Shown piece by piece: positions 17,247 to 22,956 of a stretch of 64,000 bases of DNA (the stretch's first letter is position 1; each line of letters starts with the position of its first letter). Location: positions 33,649 through 97,648 of the IMG/VR virus record IMGVR_UViG_3300045988_017048; one strand, given 5' to 3'. The notes beneath the pieces are model-generated. The model ran no database searches, had not been told where the DNA came from, and saw nothing but the letters and a program-made list of their open reading frames with translations. The position numbers and the translations under genes were made by a program. This DNA is from a virus.

Positions 17247-17504
17247 TTAGAAGCTTGCCAATGTGGGTGCACCTCCCTGACCTTCCTCATGAAGAAGCCA
17301 GAATGAGCTACCATCTGAGCCTGTGACATTGCTCAGCATAGGATGAGTTGGAATACCCTTGACTGCAACTGCTCCTGTCTTAGCACCATAGGTGAAGAAC
17401 AACTTCCCAGTCTTAGGATTCTTCTTGACATCAATCTTGGTCACATGCATTTCAGCCTTGAACTGCTCAACAGTCAAGGTGTCATTAAAAACGAGATTTC
17501 CCAT
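17247..17504 (-). CDS. hypothetical protein, first gene of the minus-strand module
   Basis: 85-aa ORF with its own terminator, next to the divergent intergenic region. Confidence 0.7.
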   Translation of the reverse strand: MGNLVFNDTLTVEQFKAEMHVTKIDVKKNPKTGKLFFTYGAKTGAVAVKGIPTHPMLSNVTGSDGSSFWLLHEEGQGGAPTLASF

Positions 17505-17680
17505 AGTAGTGTAAAATGTTAAATTGTTAATAATGTTAATTTTGGCTTACGGGGGTAGGACCCCCTTGGGCTAAGTGATGGGGAGGGTGTGGTTGGTGTA
17601 ACTACCACTCCTAAAAATACAATAGAAAAAAAAAATTAAAAAAAAAATTATTTTTATGCAATAAATTTTTTATTTATATA

Positions 17681-17712
17681 TTTGCATATATCAAAACTTT
17701 TACCTACCTTTG
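17681..17712 (+). promoter_or_regulatory. Bacteroidota-type promoter (-33 TTTG / -7 TACCTTTG)
   Basis: TTTG at 17681-17684, a 20-nt spacer, then TACCTTTG at 17705-17712. Preceded by A10TTA10 tracts. Confidence 0.6.
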
Positions 17713-18009
17713 CATCCTAGTAGAGGCTGTGGTGGAAGAGCCTTTCACCCATGAGGTTAAAAAGTAATGGGTCAGAAGTTGGGTTAGTACTCTCACACTT
17801 ACATAGAGAGGAGGTTGTCCCCAATACTACTAAAATTGCTACTATATAAATTAGATTGCATGAGCATATCCACCTGAGAAAATGCACAGGGAATCATGCT
17901 ATAGGGGTATAATCAAGAACTGGTCTAATGAAGTTAGTAGTTAAAAGGAGATTAGAAATAACTCTTATGAAGCCATAACAAAGCTTCAGGGACATTACTA
18001 TATACAAGA

Positions 18010-18411
18010 ATGAAGAAGATTAGTAATTACATTAAGGATTCTATTAAGTGGTTATGGCAGTTTCCACAGAATATGCTTGCTCTATGTATAGAGGGTATAT
18101 TGTGTCAAGCTGCATACAGGGAAGGTAAAGCAGATGGTAATATCATTATAATGAATATTGTTCTATCTTCAGCTATGTCATTAGGAGATTATCTCTTTGT
18201 GAGTCCTATGTCATCACAGGAGTCTATCCAACATGAATGTGGTCATAGTAAGCAATCTGACATATTAGGTCCACTATATTTGATAGTAATAGGAATACCA
18301 TCATTACTACATAACATAATACATTATCTGTGTAGTAAGATAGGAATTAAATGGAACTACTACAGTTTTTATACTGAATCTTGGGCTAACAAGTTAGTAG
18401 GAATTACTTGA
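18010..18411 (+). CDS. hypothetical membrane protein with HExxH motif
   Basis: 133 aa with hydrophobic segments and IQHECGHSKQS (HExxH). Confidence 0.6.
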   Translation: MKKISNYIKDSIKWLWQFPQNMLALCIEGILCQAAYREGKADGNIIIMNIVLSSAMSLGDYLFVSPMSSQESIQHECGHSKQSDILGPLYLIVIGIPSLLHNIIHYLCSKIGIKWNYYSFYTESWANKLVGIT

Positions 18412-18499
18412 AAGAATATAGATAAGACCTAAAACCAAGCCTATTTTACTCCTTCAAGACGAGAAAATGATACTTGAATTGAAAATAATTGGGGAAAAG

Positions 18500-18531
18500 C
18501 TTGTACAATTCAAATATTTTTCTTACCTTTG
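18500..18531 (+). promoter_or_regulatory. Bacteroidota-type promoter (CTTG-N20-TACCTTTG)
   Basis: CTTG at 18500-18503 and TACCTTTG at 18524-18531. Confidence 0.6.
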
Positions 18532-18575
18532 CAGTGTGATTAAGGAAAATTGGTTTTAGGAAATTTCCACATAAG

Positions 18576-18621
18576 GAATGTTGCTTTAACCAGTTGTTTA
18601 AGGTAACATTCTTTTTTTTTT
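18576..18621 (+). terminator. hairpin plus T10 terminator/attenuator immediately upstream of the tRNA array
   Basis: Stem GAATGTTGC/GTAACATTC (9 bp including one G:U) with an 18-nt loop, then a T10 run ending 2 nt before tRNA-Gln. Confidence 0.55.
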
Positions 18622-18623
18622 AT

Positions 18624-18696
18624 TGCCTCATAGTATAGTTGGTTATTACACGGGATTTTGGCTCCTGTAACATAAGTTCGAGTCTTATTGGGGTAA
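18624..18696 (+). tRNA. tRNA-Gln(TTG)
   Basis: Acceptor TGCCTCA/TGGGGTA, AC stem CGGGA/TCCTG, loop TT-TTG-GC, T-arm ATAAG-TTCGAGT-CTTAT. Confidence 0.85.
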
Positions 18697-18713
18697 CAAT
18701 AATAAAGGTAAAT

Positions 18714-18785
18714 ACCCTCTTAGTTCAATGGATAGAATAAGAGACTTCTAATCTTTTGATATAGGTTCGATTCCTATAGGGGGTA
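18714..18785 (+). tRNA. tRNA-Arg(TCT)
   Basis: Acceptor ACCCTCT/AGGGGGT, AC stem AGAGA/TCTTT, loop CT-TCT-AA, T-arm ATAGG-TTCGATT-CCTAT. Confidence 0.85.
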
Positions 18786-18791
18786 CTAAAT

Positions 18792-18865
18792 GTTGGGTTA
18801 GACGAAGTGGTGAAGTCATCACACTTTCAATGTGAAGATTATGGGTTCGAGTCCCATACCCAATA
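18792..18865 (+). tRNA. tRNA-Glu(TTC)
   Basis: Acceptor GTTGGGT/ACCCAAT, AC stem TCACA/TGTGA, loop CT-TTC-AA, T-arm ATGGG-TTCGAGT-CCCAT. Confidence 0.85.
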
Positions 18866-18871
18866 CAATAT

Positions 18872-18943
18872 AGAGCTATCTACTAATGGACAGGTAACTG
18901 CCCTCTCAAGGCAGAAATTTGGGTTCAATTCCCAATAGCTCTA
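18872..18943 (+). tRNA. tRNA-Glu(CTC)
   Basis: Acceptor AGAGCTA/TAGCTCT, AC stem CTGCC/GGCAG, loop CT-CTC-AA, T-arm TTGGG-TTCAATT-CCCAA. Confidence 0.85.
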
Positions 18944-18949
18944 CAATTT

Positions 18950-19022
18950 AGGGTGTGTAGCATAGTGGTTAATGTGCCTGACTGTCAATTAGGAGATTGG
19001 AGTTCAATTCTCCCACATCCTG
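18950..19022 (+). tRNA. tRNA-Asp(GTC)
   Basis: Acceptor AGGGTGT/ACATCCT, AC stem CCTGA/TTAGG, loop CT-GTC-AA, T-loop TTCAATT. Confidence 0.8.
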
Positions 19023-19048
19023 CTAATCCACCTTTAATCTACTGAAGT

Positions 19049-19072
19049 CCTATCCTACAGAGGTAGGATAGG
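19049..19072. repeat. perfect 10-bp hairpin between tRNA-Asp and tRNA-Ser
   Basis: CCTATCCTAC-AGAG-GTAGGATAGG. Shares the 10-mer CCTATCCTAC with 16951-16960. Confidence 0.8.
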
Positions 19073-19077
19073 CAAAT

Positions 19078-19162
19078 GGAGAGGTAACTCAGTGGGACTG
19101 GGACTTGTCTTGAAAACAATGGGAGCAGTAAAATGCTTGGGGGTCAGGACCTCACCTCTCCG
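19078..19162 (+). tRNA. tRNA-Ser(TGA)
   Basis: Class II: acceptor GGAGAGG/CCTCTCC, loop CT-TGA-AA, variable arm GAGCA-GTAAAA-TGCTT. The T-loop is atypical (GTCAGGA). Confidence 0.75.
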
Positions 19163-19201
19163 CAATAATGGTGTTCTTTGACATGTTGGTGAGGAAAGTA
19201 T

Positions 19202-19287
19202 GGAGAGTAAACTATCAAGGTGATAGTCCTATCTGCTAAATAGTGAGTACCCTAATAAGGTATTTGTTTCGAGTACAATGCTCTCCG
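19202..19287 (+). tRNA. tRNA-Ser(GCT)
   Basis: Class II: acceptor GGAGAGT/GCTCTCC, loop CT-GCT-AA, variable arm GTACC-CTAATAA-GGTAT, T-loop TTCGAGT. Confidence 0.8.
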
Positions 19288-19293
19288 CAATAT

Positions 19294-19366
19294 ATGGGTG
19301 TAATTCAGTAGGTAGAATGCTGGCTTTGGGAGCCAGTTGTCCTTGGTTCGAGTCCAAGTACCCATA
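19294..19366 (+). tRNA. tRNA-Pro(TGG)
   Basis: Acceptor ATGGGTG/TACCCAT, AC stem CTGGC/GCCAG, loop TT-TGG-GA, T-arm CTTGG-TTCGAGT-CCAAG. Confidence 0.85.
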
Positions 19367-19371
19367 CTAAT

Positions 19372-19445
19372 GGGCTTTGTAGTGTAATCAGGTTAGCACA
19401 AGACATTTGCAATGTTTTAGAGGAGTTCAAATCTCACAAGGTCCA
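19372..19445 (+). tRNA. tRNA-Ala(TGC)
   Basis: Acceptor GGGCTTT/AAGGTCC with G3:U70, AC stem AGACA/TGTTT, loop TT-TGC-AA, T-loop TTCAAAT (weak T stem). Confidence 0.75.
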
Positions 19446-19529
19446 CTATGCTTTCATGTTTTCATAATGTTGAGCTTTTGCTTGAACCCTCTTTTGGGTA
19501 GTTAGAGGTTAAAGAAATTACCCTATCAA

Positions 19530-19603
19530 TGCTCTTTAGTTCAGTGGTTTAGAATAGTTCCCTTACAAGGAAAAGGTCATTAGTTCGATTCTAATAGGAG
19601 CAA
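19530..19603 (+). tRNA. tRNA-Val(TAC)
   Basis: Acceptor TGCTCTT/AGGAGCA, loop CT-TAC-AA, T-arm ATTAG-TTCGATT-CTAAT. Confidence 0.85.
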
Positions 19604-19610
19604 CATAAAT

Positions 19611-19682
19611 GGGTCTTTAGTTCAAAGGTCAGAACAAGGGGCTGTTAACCCTTAGATGTAAGTTCGAGTCTTACAGGTCCCG
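19611..19682 (+). tRNA. tRNA-Asn(GTT)
   Basis: Acceptor GGGTCTT/AGGTCCC (one mismatch), AC stem AGGGG/CCCTT, loop CT-GTT-AA, T-arm GTAAG-TTCGAGT-CTTAC. Confidence 0.8.
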
Positions 19683-19791
19683 CAAAAACTTTTGCAAGAA
19701 GTTTAGTCAAGTAGCTTGCAATACTTGATGCCATCATTTCTGAAAAGTCTCTGAGTGCAATAAGGAGGAGTAATCAATGATTTGATGCTTT

Positions 19792-19864
19792 AGCAGGTTA
19801 GAGAAGTAGTAATCTTGCCCCACCCATAATGGGGAGACCAGTGGTGCAAATCCACTACCTGCAA
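19792..19864 (+). tRNA. tRNA(CAT), Met or Ile-lysidine type, with unusual C33 and A1xA72
   Basis: Acceptor AGCAGGT/ACCTGCA (terminal A x A), D-arm GAGA-AGTAGTAA-TCTT with no GG in the loop, AC stem CCCCA/TGGGG, loop CC-CAT-AA, T-arm AGTGG-TGCAAAT-CCACT. Confidence 0.65.
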
Positions 19865-19872
19865 CTATAAAT

Positions 19873-19944
19873 TGGTACTTAGTTTAATGGTAAAACCTCA
19901 GACTCCAAATCTGAAAGATGAGTGTTCGAGTCATTCAGTACCTG
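19873..19944 (+). tRNA. tRNA-Trp(CCA)
   Basis: Acceptor (T)GGTACT/AGTACC(T), AC stem TCAGA/TCTGA, loop CT-CCA-AA, T-arm GAGTG-TTCGAGT-CATTC. Confidence 0.8.
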
Positions 19945-19950
19945 CTATAT

Positions 19951-20022
19951 TGGCATATCTTCTAATGGTCAGGAAGCTACTCTGATAAGGTAGTAATCAA
20001 GGTTCAATTCCTTGTATGCCAA
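19951..20022 (+). tRNA. tRNA-Ile(GAT)
   Basis: Acceptor TGGCATA/TATGCCA, AC stem CTACT/GGTAG, loop CT-GAT-AA, T-arm CAAGG-TTCAATT-CCTTG. Confidence 0.85.
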
Positions 20023-20024
20023 CT

Positions 20025-20444
20025 ATGATTAGAAAATATTTAAGTAGTAGAGGCAAGAGAATAGTTCTTATCTGTAAACATTGTGGCAAGGAATTTGAAA
20101 CCTTGCAACTAAAGGCTAATGCAGGTAGAGAAAAGTTCTGTAGTAGGGAATGTTATAACCAATACAGGAAGGAATGCTGTACCAGCATAAAAGAAAGGAA
20201 CATTTTATATCAGAAAAAGTCTAAATATGGTTTGACAGAAGAGGAATATAAGGGTCTATTTGATGCACAAGGTAATAGATGTTCTATATGTGGGACTTCT
20301 TTTGAAGTTACTAAAGCTTTTGTAGACCATGACCATAAAACAGGAAGGGTAAGAGGATTGCTATGTTCTCAATGCAATACATTACTTGGGATGGCTAAGG
20401 ATAATACTGAGGTATTAGAAGCTGCTATTCAATACCAGAAATAG
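20025..20444 (+). CDS. endonuclease VII-family (T4 gp49-like) nuclease embedded in the tRNA array
   Basis: CSICGTSFEVTKAFVDHDHKTGRVRGLLCSQCNTLLG matches the Endonuclease_7 signature (C.iC...vDHdH.tG.vRGlLC..CN..lG). An N-terminal CxxC...C..C zinc module is also present. The track start (20016) lies inside tRNA-Ile, so the start was moved to the ATG at 20025. Confidence 0.8.
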   Translation: MIRKYLSSRGKRIVLICKHCGKEFETLQLKANAGREKFCSRECYNQYRKECCTSIKERNILYQKKSKYGLTEEEYKGLFDAQGNRCSICGTSFEVTKAFVDHDHKTGRVRGLLCSQCNTLLGMAKDNTEVLEAAIQYQK

Positions 20445-20515
20445 CTGATGTACTTCAATGGTAGAAGACTGCTCTCATAAGGCAGTAGTTGAAAGTTCGA
20501 GTCTTTCTATCAGCA
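20444..20515 (+). tRNA. tRNA-Met(CAT), elongator-like
   Basis: Acceptor GCTGATG/TATCAGC, AC stem CTGCT/GGCAG, loop CT-CAT-AA, T-arm GAAAG-TTCGAGT-CTTTC. Begins on the last base of the upstream stop codon. Confidence 0.8.
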
Positions 20516-20517
20516 CT

Positions 20518-20591
20518 GTGTTAGTAGCTCAGTCAGGTAGAGCAAAGGATTGTGGCTCCTTATGGCATGGGTTCAAATCCCATCTAACACC
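20518..20591 (+). tRNA. tRNA-His(GTG)
   Basis: Acceptor GTGTTAG/CTAACAC (the 5' G can be read as G-1 opposite C73), AC stem AAGGA/TCCTT, loop TT-GTG-GC, T-arm ATGGG-TTCAAAT-CCCAT. Confidence 0.85.
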
Positions 20592-20598
20592 CCAATAT

Positions 20599-20675
20599 AC
20601 TAGCATATCCCCTCTGTCTTATACACAGTAGAAAGGGTAATAGGTCACATGTGGGTTCAATCCCCTCTGCTAGTA
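20599..20675 (+). tRNA. tRNA-like element with a perfect acceptor stem and T-arm but a non-cloverleaf core
   Basis: Acceptor ACTAGCA/TGCTAGT (7/7) and T-arm GTGGG-TTCAATC-CCCTC. The interior holds the hairpin CTCTGT-CTTATAC-ACAG(T)AG (loop reads U-UAU-A) flanked by CCC...GGG. No normal D-arm could be folded. Confidence 0.4.
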
Positions 20676-20679
20676 CTAT

Positions 20680-20753
20680 CTTGGAGTACCAGAGTGGCTA
20701 ATGGCACAGACTGCAAATCTGATGATTCGTGGGTTCAAATCCCACCTCCAAGT
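20680..20753 (+). tRNA. tRNA-Cys(GCA)
   Basis: Acceptor CTTGGAG/CTCCAAG, loop CT-GCA-AA, T-arm GTGGG-TTCAAAT-CCCAC. Confidence 0.85.
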
Positions 20754-20755
20754 CT

Positions 20756-21007
20756 ATGTGTTATATAGATAAACTTATAAAGAACAATACAGGAGTTTCT
20801 TCAAAGAACTTCTTCTTAGTGGCAGTTACCTTAATAGGTTTAATCCTACTATTAGTTCCTGCTGTACTTCTTATAATAGAAGTATATTATAATCATACTA
20901 TACAGACAGACCTTAATGGTCTTGCTGCTTATATAGGTGCTGTTGCTGGAGTATTTGCATCAGCAGGTATTACTAAAGCATGGTCTGAAAAGTATGAAAA
21001 GAAATAA
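20756..21007 (+). CDS. small two-helix membrane protein (holin-like topology)
   Basis: Start trimmed to the ATG at 20756 because the track start lies inside tRNA-Cys. 83 aa with two hydrophobic helices (FFLVAVTLIGLILLLVPAVLLII and LAAYIGAVAGVFASAGI). Confidence 0.55.
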   Translation: MCYIDKLIKNNTGVSSKNFFLVAVTLIGLILLLVPAVLLIIEVYYNHTIQTDLNGLAAYIGAVAGVFASAGITKAWSEKYEKK

Positions 21008-21008
21008 T

Positions 21009-21082
21009 GCTCCTATAGCTGAATTGGTTAAAGCAACAGTCTCTTAAACTGTGGATTCAAGGTTCAAGTCCTTGTGGGGGCA
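21009..21082 (+). tRNA. tRNA-Lys(CTT)
   Basis: Acceptor GCTCCTA/TGGGGGC (G:U-rich), AC stem ACAGT/ACTGT, loop CT-CTT-AA, T-arm CAAGG-TTCAAGT-CCTTG. Confidence 0.8.
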
Positions 21083-21103
21083 CAACCCAACCTTGGCAAA
21101 TAT

Positions 21104-21176
21104 TCCCCCAAAGCATTGATGGTGGATGCTCTGGACTTTTAATCCTGAAAGTAAGGTTCGATTCCTTATGGGGGAA
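21104..21176 (+). tRNA. tRNA-Lys(TTT)
   Basis: Acceptor TCCCCCA/TGGGGGA, D-arm GCAT-TGATGGTGG-ATGC, loop CT-TTT-AA, T-arm TAAGG-TTCGATT-CCTTA. Confidence 0.85.
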
Positions 21177-21210
21177 CATAACATATTATTAACTCCAAAT
21201 TTTTATTGTT

Positions 21211-21318
21211 ATGAAGAAAGTTATTTCATTAATTAAGAGAGGTGCTAAGGCATACTTTAGACAATCTGCTAAGACTTATGCTTGGGCACCTACAGGAACT
21301 ATTCCAGTTGGAATATAG
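21211..21318 (+). CDS. possible 35-aa basic peptide
   Basis: Read by hand: MKKVISLIKRGAKAYFRQSAKTYAWAPTGTIPVGI. It is the only open frame in the 178-nt gap between tRNA-Lys and tRNA-Tyr. Confidence 0.25.
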   Translation: MKKVISLIKRGAKAYFRQSAKTYAWAPTGTIPVGI

Positions 21319-21354
21319 TTCCTTTGATGCTGGAGTGAGTAATAAATATTATAT

Positions 21355-21437
21355 GGGGTAGCTTTAATGTGGTGAATTAGTGTGGACTGTAAATCCACTG
21401 CCTCAGGCTATTTAAGGTTCGATTCCTTTCTGCCCCA
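21355..21437 (+). tRNA. tRNA-Tyr(GTA)
   Basis: Class II: acceptor GGGGTAG/CTGCCCC, AC stem GTGGA/TCCAC, loop CT-GTA-AA, variable arm, T-loop TTCGATT. Confidence 0.85.
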
Positions 21438-21505
21438 CTTCAATAGAAATCTTTGTCCTTGACTTATGGAAAGTGATGTGGGTAGAGACACAAATAAGTC
21501 ATTAT

Positions 21506-21580
21506 GGGTGTTGGGCAGGTATGGTTACATTGCGTAGGTCTGAAAAACCTAAGAATAAAGTTCGATTCTTTGAACACCCA
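21506..21580 (+). tRNA. tRNA-Phe(GAA)
   Basis: Acceptor GGGTGTT/AACACCC, AC stem TAGGT/ACCTA, loop CT-GAA-AA, T-loop TTCGATT. Confidence 0.85.
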
Positions 21581-21586
21581 CTATAT

Positions 21587-21671
21587 ACTCCTGTGGTGGA
21601 ACTGGTAGACACACTTGCCTCAAAAGCAAGAGCTTGAAAAAAGAGTAAGAGTTCAAGTCTCTTCAGGAGTA
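21587..21671 (+). tRNA. tRNA-Leu(CAA)
   Basis: Class II: acceptor ACTCCTG/CAGGAGT, AC stem CTTGC/GCAAG, loop CT-CAA-AA, T-arm AAGAG-TTCAAGT-CTCTT. Confidence 0.85.
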
Positions 21672-21679
21672 CTTATAAT

Positions 21680-21768
21680 GCCCTCTTGGTGGAATTTGGT
21701 AGACACATCTGCCTTAGAAGCAGACATGAAGTAATAGTAGTGTAAGAGTTCAAGTCTCTTAGAGGGTA
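21680..21768 (+). tRNA. tRNA-Leu(TAG)
   Basis: Class II: acceptor GCCCTCT/AGAGGGT, AC stem TCTGC/GCAGA, loop CT-TAG-AA, T-arm AAGAG-TTCAAGT-CTCTT. Confidence 0.85.
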
Positions 21769-21770
21769 CT

Positions 21771-22091
21771 ATGAAAGAGATTAATATTAAATATAGTGAG
21801 TACATTATTAATGTGCTTTTAAGTACCAATAATACTTCTATAACAGACTCTTATAGGATAAGGAGAGTAAAAGACATGGTTAATGTCTTAAAGAAGATAA
21901 GAAACACATGTGATAATTCTTATGCTATACACAAGAGAAGTATATTTGGTATGGTTAATGAATGGAGAGTACATAATCTATTATACTTTTTACATATAAA
22001 AAGGAGAAGGACAGGTACAGTAGATTTAAATATAAATCAGAGTATATGGGCAAAAATAGCTTATACATTGCTCTCTGTATTTTATTTTTAA
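21771..22091 (+). CDS. hypothetical protein
   Basis: 106-aa ORF starting 3 nt after tRNA-Leu. Confidence 0.55.
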   Translation: MKEINIKYSEYIINVLLSTNNTSITDSYRIRRVKDMVNVLKKIRNTCDNSYAIHKRSIFGMVNEWRVHNLLYFLHIKRRRTGTVDLNINQSIWAKIAYTLLSVFYF

Positions 22092-22118
22092 AGAATAAAA
22101 AAAATAAATAGTATTTTA

Positions 22119-22150
22119 CTTGCATATTTCAATTAAAATACTTATCTTTG
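22119..22150 (+). promoter_or_regulatory. Bacteroidota-type promoter (CTTG-N20-TATCTTTG)
   Basis: CTTG at 22119-22122 and TATCTTTG at 22143-22150, 20 nt upstream of the 22171 ATG. Confidence 0.6.
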
Positions 22151-22170
22151 CACCATCAAAATAAGAGAAT

Positions 22171-22617
22171 ATGTTTGAAGAAGATAACCTATTTACTCCA
22201 ATGGAATCAAGTAGAAGTACTGAAGTATCTGGCTCTCAGTTCTTTATTAACTTCTTAAACCAGCTTGAAGGTTGGAAGACCAAGTGTAAGAACTTGCATT
22301 GGGCAGCACCTAAGAAGAATATCCATGTATATCTTGATGAATTTCTTGATATATTGTCAGACTATCAAGATGGTCTTGCAGAAGGATATATGGGAATACT
22401 TGGTAAGATGCAACCTAATGTAATCAAAGGAACTCCAAGTGATGCACTGAATGCTTTTGACTTTATAAGTGAAGTTAAGTCTGCTACTACTGCATTTTAT
22501 GATAAGATTCCTCAAGAGACTATTTATAAAGGTATAGCATCTGAATGTGAGACCTTTATTCAGAATATCAATAAGTATGACTTCTTATTCCACTTATGTG
22601 ATATAAGACCTTATTGA
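22171..22617 (+). CDS. Dps/ferritin-like four-helix-bundle protein (tentative)
   Basis: CKNLHWAAPKKNIHVYLDEFLDILSDYQDGLAEGYMGILG parallels the Dps signature (HW.v.G..F..lHe.fde.y......D..AER...lG). Confidence 0.4.
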   Translation: MFEEDNLFTPMESSRSTEVSGSQFFINFLNQLEGWKTKCKNLHWAAPKKNIHVYLDEFLDILSDYQDGLAEGYMGILGKMQPNVIKGTPSDALNAFDFISEVKSATTAFYDKIPQETIYKGIASECETFIQNINKYDFLFHLCDIRPY

Positions 22618-22625
22618 CAAGAGAT

Positions 22626-22711
22626 GCTCTCATGGTGGAATTGGTAGACACGAGGGACTTAAAATCCCTTGGCCAGAAATGGTTGTCTGGGTTCAACTCC
22701 CAGTGGGAGTA
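22626..22711 (+). tRNA. tRNA-Leu(TAA)
   Basis: Class II: acceptor GCTCTCA/TGGGAGT, AC stem AGGGA/TCCCT, loop CT-TAA-AA, T-arm CTGGG-TTCAACT-CCCAG. Followed by an encoded CCA. Confidence 0.85.
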
Positions 22712-22717
22712 CCATTT

Positions 22718-22791
22718 GCCTCCTTAGTGTTAATGGTTTAGCAAGCCTGTCTTGTAAACAGGAAGAGAGGGTTCAAATCCTTCAGGAGGCT
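22718..22791 (+). tRNA. tRNA-Thr(TGT)
   Basis: Acceptor GCCTCCT/AGGAGGC, AC stem CCTGT/ACAGG, loop CT-TGT-AA, T-arm GAGGG-TTCAAAT-CCTTC. Confidence 0.85.
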
Positions 22792-22797
22792 CAAAGT

Positions 22798-22870
22798 GTA
22801 GGTATGGTGTTAGTGGTTAGCATATGACATTGCCAATGTCAAGGGGTCAGTTCAAATCTGATTATCTACT
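22798..22870 (+). tRNA. tRNA-Gly(GCC)
   Basis: Acceptor GTAGGTA/TATCTAC, AC stem TGACA/TGTCA, loop TT-GCC-AA, T-loop TTCAAAT. Confidence 0.85.
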
Positions 22871-22875
22871 CAAAT

Positions 22876-22947
22876 GCAGGTATAGTATAAAGGTTAGTAT
22901 GTAACACTTCCAATGTTAATGTGTGGGTTCGATTCCCACTATCTGCT
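22876..22947 (+). tRNA. tRNA-Gly(TCC)
   Basis: Acceptor GCAGGTA/TATCTGC, AC stem TAACA/TGTTA, loop CT-TCC-AA, T-arm GTGGG-TTCGATT-CCCAC. Confidence 0.85.
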
Positions 22948-22956
22948 CAGATATAT

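Noticed and set aside
19446-19529. Additional tRNAs in the longer array spacers (19446-19529, 19683-19791, 21438-21505).
   Set aside because: No T-loop (GTTCRANYC-like) or acceptor pairing could be found by eye. A covariance search could still revise this.
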